11,484 nt of DNA from contig JAHLWE010000123.1 of assembly GCA_019058135.1 (NCBI GenBank), positions 1-11,484 on the forward strand, read 5' to 3'. The stretch comes from Promethearchaeota archaeon (GTDB lineage: Archaea; Asgardarchaeota; Lokiarchaeia; Sigyniarchaeales; SOKP01). A model generated the notes under the pieces. That model was given only the letters and a program-made list of their open reading frames with translations. It was not told the DNA's origin and searched no databases. Position numbers and translations under genes: made by a program. Position 1 is the first letter of the stretch. Each line of letters starts with the position of its first letter. Of the stretch, positions 1 to 6,562 are shown piece by piece.

Positions 1-1
1 A

Positions 2-328
2 TTTTGTCCAAAATGTAATAATTTATTACGAAAGAAAATAATTGATAAGAAATTTATTTATTCTTGTGCTTGCGGATATTCAGAACCGTTTGAAGAAGAT
101 ATACAAGAAAAGGAAATGATCGCTAAAAGTAAAAACAAAAAATATTCAGATAAAACAATTGTCTTACCAGAAATAAATGCTATAATTTACCCAATAACTA
201 AGTCAGAATGTAGAAAATGTGGAAATAAAGAAGCAGAATATTGGCAATCCCAAACACGTTCGGCAGATGAAGGATCAACAACTTTTTTTCGTTGCACAAA
301 ATGTAAATTTACTTGGCGTGAATATTAA
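2..328 (+). CDS. tfs: Transcription factor S (TFS, TFIIS/RpoM-type transcript cleavage factor); 5' end cut by the window edge, only a few codons missing
   Basis: The frame of the 116..328 ORF stays open back to nt 2 and reads FCPKCNNLLRKK...YSCACGY, an N-terminal Zn ribbon. The C-terminal Zn ribbon is CRKCGNKEAEYWQSQTRSADEGSTTFFRCTKCKFTWREY, with the acidic RSADE hairpin typical of TFIIS domain III / archaeal TFS. Confidence 0.85.
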   Translation, partial: FCPKCNNLLRKKIIDKKFIYSCACGYSEPFEEDIQEKEMIAKSKNKKYSDKTIVLPEINAIIYPITKSECRKCGNKEAEYWQSQTRSADEGSTTFFRCTKCKFTWREY

Positions 329-335
329 ATCTTTT

Positions 336-536
336 TTAGGTTAAAACTTCTAAAATTTTTGTTAAAATATTAGCTTTACCTCCAGTAGATTGTGTTAAAG
401 GCTTACCACATACATGACAAACAACTTTAGTGGAAGCACAACCAAAAATGACTTGTTCATTACCACAATTCAAACATTTAACGCCCAGGAATCTTGATTT
501 AGGACTTGGTATTAATTTTCGAATTTCTCTTGACAT
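336..536 (-). CDS. rps27e: 30S ribosomal protein S27e (eS27)
   Basis: 66 aa with a C4 zinc knuckle, [37 protein letters not shown], matching the eS27 signature (VKCxxC...VxCxxCGxxLxxxTGGKA). It lies directly downstream of L44e, as in most archaea. Confidence 0.9.
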   Translation of the reverse strand: MSREIRKLIPSPKSRFLGVKCLNCGNEQVIFGCASTKVVCHVCGKPLTQSTGGKANILTKILEVLT

Positions 537-556
537 TTTTTTTTATTCCTTTTTTT

Positions 557-838
557 TTATACTTCAATTAATTCAAATCGTTTTACCCGATAAGATTTTC
601 CAATTGACTTTTTTGAACACTCCGTACATTGAAATACAGGCGTAGATTTCTTATTAATTTTGGCAAAATTATGCTGAACTGGCTTGGGCTGCGAACCATA
701 GCCTTTTTTCTTTCGCTCGTATCTTCTTTTGCCTTCCGCAGTTGTTCGCTCTTTTCCTTTCTTATAAATAGTTACCTTGTGTTCTGTATGCTTTTTACAA
801 TGTTTACAATATCTTCTTTGGGTCTTGGGATACTTCAT
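557..838 (-). CDS. rpl44e: 50S ribosomal protein L44e (eL42)
   Basis: 93 aa: MKYPKTQRRYCKHCKKHTEHKVTIYKKGKERTTAEGKRRYERKKKGYGSQPKP...CTECSKK. This is the canonical eL42 N-terminus and CxxC...CxxC zinc ribbon. ATG start. Confidence 0.9.
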   Translation of the reverse strand: MKYPKTQRRYCKHCKKHTEHKVTIYKKGKERTTAEGKRRYERKKKGYGSQPKPVQHNFAKINKKSTPVFQCTECSKKSIGKSYRVKRFELIEV

Positions 839-974
839 AAATGTTTTTTCTCGATATTATACATATCATAAAAATTGATAAATTTTAAATTTTTTCACAA
901 AGAGCAAGTTTCAAAACTAATTAAACAATTATTATATTTCAAGAAAATTTTTATATAATAAAAAAACTTCCTAA
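839..974. promoter_or_regulatory. Divergent promoter spacer between rpl44e (minus) and pyrB (plus)
   Basis: 136-bp AT-rich spacer. TTTATATA lies at 950..957, preceded by purine-rich AGAAAA (BRE-like). Its centre is about 21-27 nt upstream of the ATGs at 975 and 981, which fits a leaderless pyrB mRNA. TATA-like runs on the minus strand (revcomp of about 854..875) could serve rpl44e. Confidence 0.45.
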
Positions 975-1907
975 ATGATAATGAGGGATTTTAAAAACCA
1001 GCATATATTAAGTGCAAGAGATTTTACTAGGGAAGAAATAGATTTTATTCTGGAAATCGGTAAAAAGATGGTAAATAATAAGTATTCTAAATTATTAGAT
1101 AATAAAATAATGGCTGCTTTATTTTTTGAACCTTCAACCAGAACAAGATTAAGCTTTGAATCTGCAATGCTTAGATTAGGAGGAAAAGTTATTGGATTCC
1201 AATCTCGTGATGTCTCATCAGTTAAAAAGGGAGAATCTATTGCAGATACAATTAGAACAGTTGAAAATTATTCAGATATTATTGTAATCCGTCATCCTTT
1301 GGAAGGTGTAGCACGTATGGCAGCCAAATTTTCTTCAATTCCGATTATTAATGGTGGATCAGGAAGCGCAGAACACCCTACACAGGCGTTATTAGATTTA
1401 TTTACAATCAAAGAAGAATGTGGAACCATTGATGGACTAAATATTGGACTCTGTGGTGATTTAAAATATGGCCGGACAGTTCATTCGCTAGCCTATCTTT
1501 TTAGTAATTATAATATAAATTTATATTTTATATCTCCTGCTTCATTGAAAATGCGATTTAGAATAACTGACTGGTTGCGTAACAAAAAGATGAAATTTAA
1601 AGAAACTGAAAAGTTCAAGGAGATATTACCAATATTAGACATTTTGTATATGACACGAATTCAAGAAGAACGTTTTTTAGAAGCAGAAGAATATGAAAAA
1701 GTTAAAGACGTATATATCTTAACTAAAAAGGATTTAGATAATACAAAAAAAGGCTTTCGTTTAATGCATCCATTACCAAGAGTAGGTGAAATATCTCCTG
1801 ATATTGATAAATCTCCTAAAGCAATATATTTTAAGCAAATGAAATATGGGTTGTATCTAAGAATGGCACTGCTTGCATTAATTTTGAAAGGAAATAATTT
1901 TTTATAG
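975..1907 (+). CDS. pyrB: Aspartate carbamoyltransferase catalytic subunit
   Basis: 310 aa with the carbamoyl-phosphate motif FFEPSTRTRLSFE, plus HPTQALLD and the HPLPRV aspartate-domain motif. The start could be ATG 975 or ATG 981. Confidence 0.93.
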   Translation: MIMRDFKNQHILSARDFTREEIDFILEIGKKMVNNKYSKLLDNKIMAALFFEPSTRTRLSFESAMLRLGGKVIGFQSRDVSSVKKGESIADTIRTVENYSDIIVIRHPLEGVARMAAKFSSIPIINGGSGSAEHPTQALLDLFTIKEECGTIDGLNIGLCGDLKYGRTVHSLAYLFSNYNINLYFISPASLKMRFRITDWLRNKKMKFKETEKFKEILPILDILYMTRIQEERFLEAEEYEKVKDVYILTKKDLDNTKKGFRLMHPLPRVGEISPDIDKSPKAIYFKQMKYGLYLRMALLALILKGNNFL

Positions 1908-1920
1908 ATTTTATAAAAAT
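1897..1920. repeat. A/T-only inverted repeat spanning the stop codons of two convergent genes
   Basis: The core stem is 9 bp: TTTTTATA (1899..1906) pairs with TATAAAAA (1912..1919) and A1897 pairs with T1920 (T1898 has no partner), around a 5-nt loop GATTT. The pyrB TAG (1905..1907) and the TAA of the 709-aa gene (revcomp of 1911..1913) sit inside it. T-runs are present on both strands. Confidence 0.35.
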
Positions 1921-4040
1921 CTATTTACAATTTTTTTATTTAAGAATTCAGAATCTATATATTCAGTATCTGGTCTTATAAGAACACCTTTTTTATTAAT
2001 AGATTCATTGTAATAATTTAATTGCTTTGATGAAAAACAAAAATAATGAATCCCATATGTAATTAAATATTTTATTTTTTCGTAGAAATCTTCTATATTT
2101 TTTGAATTGGGTAGTAATATGTTAAAGAGTGAACCCCCATCTACAATTTTCTGAAATATTTTAAATAAAGAGATTTTTCTTTCAAAGCTCAATTTTGATT
2201 CAAATCGTATGAATTCTGTACTGAAACTATCATACTTATGAGAAATATTATCAAATTCAAAATTCCATCTATTCATAAGATAATTACCTACATGAGGCTG
2301 GGAGAAAATGAAGTATTCATTTTGTTCATTATTTATTTCATTTATTCTGTTATTAATTGTAGTTAAAATTTGTTTTGCAAACTCTTGACTTTGATCAATT
2401 CGATCTAGCTCGATATTACAATGATATAGAATGGATTCATTTAAACCAAAAAAACTGATTGCTTTAAAAACATGATCTGGTAATATACAATTTTTATTAT
2501 TAAAGAGAATTCTAGAAAGAGACTGCCAATGATGAAATGAATTTAAATATTTTTTTATTAAATCTTGTTTTATTTTAAAAATTTCAAATACCCCTGTGAT
2601 ATTTAAATCTAATAATTCGAGAAAGTGTTGATCATTTTGTTTTGATTCTAATGCAATTTTTGGTAAATTTATAAAGATTTTATCCAATAATATTTTGTTA
2701 AATGAATTATGGATGGAATCAAAATCTTGAGTTATTGAAGTTAATATATTGTTTATAGGATTTGATCCTCGATTTCTATAGAAAAGCAAATTTGATTTAT
2801 CAATTATATTGAAAAATCGAGTAAGAACACTTTCTTTGAAGTTTTGAGAATTAATATCACTACAATCATATAATATCAATGGATTTAAATGAACAAAATT
2901 TCGAAATGGATCAATTTTTATTGATTCAATCAAATTATTCTCTAATTCTGTGATAAGACTCGGGTCAAATTCTCTCTTTCGTAAAAAATCGTGTGAAAAA
3001 TCTAAACTGATTTGAGATTTTCCTAAATTTAAATTTAAATTTAATTTAAAGAATTGTTCCAAAAGGAATAATAATAAACTTTTAGTATCTTTTTGATTAA
3101 ATCTTGAAAGTATTGAAAGTAATATTTCATTAAACCTATTTAACAAAATATCTTCATTAAAAAATTTCTTAATATCAGTTAGAATTGAGATAAAATTTGT
3201 GAAATAAGATTTTATTTGGGTTTTTTCAAGAGTTTCATCGATTTTTAGAAAACTTTTATTCAAATTATTTGTATTCTCTAAATTAGAAATAGAAATAGAC
3301 AAAGGGCGTAAAGCCCAAGAATCTAGATGTAATAACGATATCTGACCTGAAAGATAGAGATCTGCTAATTCACGTGGTAATAAATTTAATAATAGATATT
3401 GCTCTGATACTTCACTACCCAATTTTTTTAAAAATTCTTTAGGATCAGAAAATTGTTGGCTTCTTATTAAGGATTCTACCTCGAAAGGTGGTAAGCCTAA
3501 TCGTGTAAGTTTGTGTCTATATTCCTCAAAACCCTTTTCGATTAAAATGCCATTTATATATTCTCTTATTAGAGGAGTAGTTAAGTAATTTACTTTTGAA
3601 TTAGATAACTTTAACTTTACTTCATTTGCAATTTTTCTTGCTAATTTTTCTGGCATCTCTGATTCTCGAATTAAGTATTCGACGATTTTCTTTAAATCAA
3701 ATAATTCAAAAGTGTAATTTGATGTTCGGATTTGAAGATTTCTTTTTTCTTCATTAATTATATCTCCTATGTCTAATAATTTCTCCAATATTCTCCCACC
3801 CAATTTTGTTAAAAAATAACCTTCGTCTCCTGATAATATGAAATTGTTTTCTTTTAGAACGTTTAAATGATATGAAATTTTACTGCTATCTCCTTTTTCT
3901 TCTAAAATTCTTCTCTTTAAAGCCATAAACGGAATTGGGCTGTTTATTTCATATAAAATCTTGAGAATTCGTAATCTTATATTTTTTCCAATAATTTGCA
4001 AATGCTTTTCTAAATTACTTGAACTGTTTTTTGTATTCAA
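1911..4040 (-). CDS. Fusion protein: ArsR-like winged-helix DNA-binding domain + ATP-cone + degenerate class III ribonucleotide reductase (NrdD)-like core lacking the glycyl-radical domain; putative nucleotide-sensing regulator
   Basis: N-terminus: RLRILKILYEINSPIPFMALKRRIL...ISYHLNVLKENNFILSGDEGYFLTKLG, an ArsR/SmtB wHTH pattern. Residues about 103-180, IRTSNYTFELFDLKKIVEYLIRESEMPEKLARKIANEVKLKL...LIREYINGILIEKGFEEYRHKL, follow the ATP-cone pattern. NrdD-core landmarks appear in order: LPRELADLYLSGQISLLHLD (cf. AHxxGxIHxHDxD), IFINLPKIALESKQNDQHFLELL (cf. T4 NrdD VTLNLPRIALDS), ISFFGLNESILY (cf. GYIGxHE), FIFSQPHVGNYL (cf. LYSTPAE), and DGGSLFNILLPNSKNIEDFYEKIKYLITYGIHYFCFS (cf. GGHISYVELP...LDYFGVN). 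The start codon is TTG (4038..4040), bounded upstream by an in-frame TAA. The first ATG, at residue 39, would delete the wHTH. Confidence 0.65.
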   Translation of the reverse strand: MNTKNSSSNLEKHLQIIGKNIRLRILKILYEINSPIPFMALKRRILEEKGDSSKISYHLNVLKENNFILSGDEGYFLTKLGGRILEKLLDIGDIINEEKRNLQIRTSNYTFELFDLKKIVEYLIRESEMPEKLARKIANEVKLKLSNSKVNYLTTPLIREYINGILIEKGFEEYRHKLTRLGLPPFEVESLIRSQQFSDPKEFLKKLGSEVSEQYLLLNLLPRELADLYLSGQISLLHLDSWALRPLSISISNLENTNNLNKSFLKIDETLEKTQIKSYFTNFISILTDIKKFFNEDILLNRFNEILLSILSRFNQKDTKSLLLFLLEQFFKLNLNLNLGKSQISLDFSHDFLRKREFDPSLITELENNLIESIKIDPFRNFVHLNPLILYDCSDINSQNFKESVLTRFFNIIDKSNLLFYRNRGSNPINNILTSITQDFDSIHNSFNKILLDKIFINLPKIALESKQNDQHFLELLDLNITGVFEIFKIKQDLIKKYLNSFHHWQSLSRILFNNKNCILPDHVFKAISFFGLNESILYHCNIELDRIDQSQEFAKQILTTINNRINEINNEQNEYFIFSQPHVGNYLMNRWNFEFDNISHKYDSFSTEFIRFESKLSFERKISLFKIFQKIVDGGSLFNILLPNSKNIEDFYEKIKYLITYGIHYFCFSSKQLNYYNESINKKGVLIRPDTEYIDSEFLNKKIVNRFL
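3025..3050 (-). repeat. In-frame hexanucleotide tandem repeat (AAATTT x3, then a degenerate unit) inside the NrdD-like CDS
   Basis: aaatttaaatttaaattt (3025..3042) continues as aatttaaa and encodes KLNLNLNLG in the protein. The 6-bp unit means copy-number slippage would not shift the frame. Confidence 0.7.
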
Positions 4041-4123
4041 ATTATTGTGTTAATTTTTTCTTCTTTTTTAAACTAGATTTAACCAAATACAAATATAAAA
4101 TTTGCTAATACCATATAATTGGG

Positions 4124-4150
4124 AAAAATTAAGGATTTTTATTATCCCTT
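4124..4150 (-). terminator. Possible terminator downstream of rps7
   Basis: The minus strand reads AAGGGAT-AATAAAA-ATCCTT, a 6-bp stem with one bulged G, followed by AATTTTTCCC (T5). It lies about 66 nt after the rps7 stop. Archaeal RNAP terminates at oligo-T. Confidence 0.35.
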
Positions 4151-4215
4151 CCGACAAAAATCATTTTAGAATATGGTAAATAATTAAGAAGAATAGAGAA
4201 AGAGTTTAATTCTAA

Positions 4216-4833
4216 CTATCGAGCAGAAACCGCAATTCTTTCAATTTCGTCTTTTCTTTTAATTGCTCTAGAATTTTGACTTTTTTTTGAAGCCGCTATT
4301 AATTCCTGGGCGATGGCTTCTTCAATTGTAATTATATTATCATGAGTGATATTAACAATAGCATGAACAAGTAATTTTAATGCAAGGTCTACTCGACGTT
4401 GCGGAGCAATATCAACAGCACTTGCATATGAAATACCACCCATTGCTATTTTTGTAGTTTCCTCTCTAGGAGCAACATTTTCAATTGCATTAATTAACAC
4501 TTGCAAGGGATTCATGCCCGTTTTTAACTCAATTAATGAAAATGCAGTCTCAACCAATTTAATTAGTTTACTTTTTTTACCTGAATTATAAGAGCTTTTA
4601 TGACCCTTTACTTTTCCACTTATATAACCCGGAGATTGAAGTTTATTAATTAAACGTTCTATAATAGATATATTAGATTTCCAAAATCTTTTGTGCGTAT
4701 GGCGACCTTGAGAATCTGGTATTATAATTGGTTTTAAATTAATGTATCTCTCTAAACTATAATCATGAATTTCAATATCGAAATCCCATTTATTAAAAAA
4801 TTTTATTGTAGGTTTTTTCTTTGTTTTGCTCAT
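4216..4833 (-). CDS. rps7: 30S ribosomal protein S7 (uS7 / S5e-type)
   Basis: 205 aa: ...LIKLVETAFSLIELKTGMNPLQVLINAIENVAPREETTKIAMGGISYASAVDIAPQRRVDLALKLL...AIKRKDEIERIAVSAR. This is the canonical archaeal uS7 core and C-terminus. ATG start. Confidence 0.92.
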   Translation of the reverse strand: MSKTKKKPTIKFFNKWDFDIEIHDYSLERYINLKPIIIPDSQGRHTHKRFWKSNISIIERLINKLQSPGYISGKVKGHKSSYNSGKKSKLIKLVETAFSLIELKTGMNPLQVLINAIENVAPREETTKIAMGGISYASAVDIAPQRRVDLALKLLVHAIVNITHDNIITIEEAIAQELIAASKKSQNSRAIKRKDEIERIAVSAR

Positions 4834-5021
4834 ATATTCAATTTAACACCATTACAATCAAAAATATCCATTGTTGAATATAAAATTCCATTTCTCTTAA
4901 ATTTATCTTTCTCCTAAAGAAAAATTAGAAAGTAATGAAGCGAAAATAACAGTAAAATTTAATTAAAGTGATTAAATATTAAAATATAACAAAAAAATTT
5001 TCACAATAAATTGAGTTTTAA
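4834..5021. promoter_or_regulatory. Divergent promoter spacer between rps7 (minus) and the inverted rps12 (plus)
   Basis: 188-bp AT-rich spacer. TATA-like TAAATATTAAAATATAA at about 4973..4989 lies about 35-45 nt upstream of the rps12 ATG. On the minus strand, TTTTATATTC (revcomp of about 4875..4884) and a GGTG (revcomp of 4847..4850) lie upstream of the rps7 ATG. Confidence 0.4.
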
Positions 5022-5453
5022 ATGCCGCCTAAGGGTCTATATAGTGCCAAAGCACTAAAACGAAATAGGAAAAAATTTAGATGGAGTAAGACAAAATATA
5101 AAAGAAAAAAACTTAAATTAAAACAAAAAGCAGATCCATTACAAGGAGCTCCCGCCGCTGAAGGAATAGTGCTTGAGAAGGTGGGCAGAGAGAGTAAACA
5201 ACCTAACAGTGCAATACGTAAATGTCTTAGAGTCCAATTAAGAAAAAACGGCAAAACTATAACTTGTTTTCTTCCGGGTGATGGTGCGCTTAACTTCATC
5301 CAGGAGCATGACACTGTATTGGTGGAGGGCATAGGTGGTGCAAAGGGAAGGGCAGTGGGTGATTTACCTGGTGTTAGGTGGAAAGTAACAAAGGTTAACG
5401 GAGTAAGTTTAGAAGCTTTAATAGCTGGAAAGCGAGAAAAAACTATGCGTTAA
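5022..5453 (+). CDS. rps12: 30S ribosomal protein S12 (uS12 / S23e-type)
   Basis: 143 aa: [16 protein letters not shown]...[69 protein letters not shown]...[18 protein letters not shown]. Near-consensus archaeal uS12. It is encoded on the opposite strand to all its usual operon partners. Confidence 0.95.
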   Translation: MPPKGLYSAKALKRNRKKFRWSKTKYKRKKLKLKQKADPLQGAPAAEGIVLEKVGRESKQPNSAIRKCLRVQLRKNGKTITCFLPGDGALNFIQEHDTVLVEGIGGAKGRAVGDLPGVRWKVTKVNGVSLEALIAGKREKTMR

Positions 5454-5480
5454 CTTATTTATATGTATGTATTAAAACTA

Positions 5481-5502
5481 GGGCTTTTTATTGAATAAAC
5501 CC
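5481..5502 (+). terminator. Possible rps12 terminator (weak hairpin containing a T5 tract)
   Basis: GGGCTTTTTATTGAATAAACCC: GGG/CCC closes a TTTAT/ATAAA inner stem. The T5 run at 5485..5489 starts about 30 nt after the rps12 stop. Confidence 0.3.
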
Positions 5503-5581
5503 AGATATTATTAAATATTTATTTAATTTATTTAGATCAAGCTAATTTAATCCAATTAGTAATTATATTAAAAATTAAGAA

Positions 5582-5588
5582 GTAAAAA
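5582..5588 (-). terminator. Oligo-T (T7 on the minus strand) downstream of nusA
   Basis: The plus strand reads taaaaaaact, i.e. T7 on the minus strand, about 15 nt after the nusA stop (5603..5605). Oligo-T tracts are the known archaeal termination signal. Confidence 0.4.
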
Positions 5589-5602
5589 AACTACGATTAT
5601 AT

Positions 5603-6064
5603 TTAATTTTTCGTGTTGACAATACAATTATCAACATCAAAATGTCGTAGTACGAGGAGCTTGGTTTTCTTTATCATTATTCCATTCTTTCCGATGGCTT
5701 TACCCTTATCTTCGGGGGCAACTGTAATTATTACGGTTTTTTTTTTTGATATATTTTCTCTAATTTCAACATTACGGACTTTACTTGTATTAAGAATATT
5801 TTGAATAAATTCTTTAATATCTTCGGAAAATCCAATTATATCTATAGTTTTCTGTAGTTTTTCCTTTAAAACTTTAACATTCTCTCCATTTCTACCAATT
5901 GCTTTTCCTACATCTTCTTTTAATACAAGAAATATGACCTTATCTCGTACTCCCATTTTTCCAGGGACCACAATGCAATCTTTAACAACAGCACCAGTTA
6001 AATTATTAAATAGAGAAATTAACTTTATAGATTCCTCATCAATTTTTACAGTTTTTCTATGCAT
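5603..6064 (-). CDS. nusA: Archaeal NusA-like transcription termination/antitermination protein (two KH domains)
   Basis: 153 aa with two KH GxxG loops, VGKAIGRNGENVKVLKEKL and KGKAIGKNGIMIKKTK. Size and position (after rpl30e) are canonical. GAGGA SD-like, 7 nt upstream of the ATG. Confidence 0.85.
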   Translation of the reverse strand: MHRKTVKIDEESIKLISLFNNLTGAVVKDCIVVPGKMGVRDKVIFLVLKEDVGKAIGRNGENVKVLKEKLQKTIDIIGFSEDIKEFIQNILNTSKVRNVEIRENISKKKTVIITVAPEDKGKAIGKNGIMIKKTKLLVLRHFDVDNCIVNTKN

Positions 6065-6086
6065 TAGAATTCCTCATTAAATGATT

Positions 6087-6449
6087 TCATTTTATTAATT
6101 GTAATAGATCCGAATCTCCTTCGTCATAAATTCCCAATGTTGAAACCATAAAGGGTTTTCCACAAGCTAAACCTAACTCCCAACTTGAAGAATTGAATTT
6201 ATATACAAAAATAGGGTCATCTAAAAGAGAATTTTGATATCTAATCTTATTCGCAATATTCGCAGGACAATTATCAGCCAGTATAATCATTTTAAATCTA
6301 TGAAGTCTTATCTCTTGTATGATTCTTTTTGAACCAATAATTACATTTCCACTTTTAACTGCAATATTAATGTTTTTTCTAACGTCGAATTCTTTTTCTT
6401 TTCTTTTTCGTTCTGTTTTATATTTAGAGACAAAACTTTTGGTAGACAT
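6087..6449 (-). CDS. rpl30e: 50S ribosomal protein L30e (eL30) with a basic N-terminal extension
   Basis: 120 aa. The core AVKSGNVIIGSKRIIQEIRLHRFKMIILADNCP...SSSWELGLACGKPFMVSTLGIYDEGDSDL matches the eL30 pattern (KxGxxxxG...LVIxAxNCP...ELGxACGKPFxVSxLxIxDxGxSxI). It sits between rpoA2 and nusA. Confidence 0.85.
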   Translation of the reverse strand: MSTKSFVSKYKTERKRKEKEFDVRKNINIAVKSGNVIIGSKRIIQEIRLHRFKMIILADNCPANIANKIRYQNSLLDDPIFVYKFNSSSWELGLACGKPFMVSTLGIYDEGDSDLLQLIK

Positions 6450-6562
6450 ACTTATTTTTCCCGCAGAATTTTTTGGAATAATGGGTTTATTTTCAATTAT
6501 TAAATAATTAATCCTTTAACCTTTATATTTAATAAGTTATGTATTGATAAATAAAATCTTTA

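Noticed and set aside
430-871. Plus-strand ORFs 430..645 and 629..871, antisense to rps27e and rpl44e
   Set aside because: They overlap two confidently identified r-protein genes and are hydrophobic low-complexity translations. They are antisense artefacts.
1911-4040. Annotating the 709-aa ORF simply as anaerobic ribonucleoside-triphosphate reductase (nrdD)
   Set aside because: The collinear NrdD landmarks are present. However, the glycyl-radical motif, the C-terminal Zn-site cysteines and the cysteines at the expected catalytic positions are not visible. An extra N-terminal wHTH is present and no nrdG is adjacent. Calling it a functional RNR would be over-annotation.
5018-5332. 104-aa minus-strand ORF antisense to rps12, which if real would restore an all-minus-strand layout
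   Set aside because: Its translation has no r-protein features, while the plus-strand frame is a near-consensus uS12 over its full length. The inversion of rps12 is therefore real at the sequence level.
5100-5420. Locally elevated G+C in rps12 as a sign of horizontal acquisition
   Set aside because: uS12 is extremely conserved, highly expressed and rich in Gly/Arg/Ala/Pro/Val. Amino-acid constraint explains the G+C rise, and other conserved cores (for example the rpoA1 catalytic region) show the same effect.
4834-5602. Mobile element or site-specific invertase system responsible for the rps12 inversion
   Set aside because: There is no transposase or recombinase ORF. I saw no convincing terminal inverted repeats in the two spacers; the only matches are short AT-rich strings such as TAAATATT that recur by chance at this composition.
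5613-6507. Plus-strand ORFs 5613..5804 and 6319..6507, antisense to nusA and rpl30e
   Set aside because: Same reasoning: they are embedded in well-supported genes, F/L-rich and without motifs.
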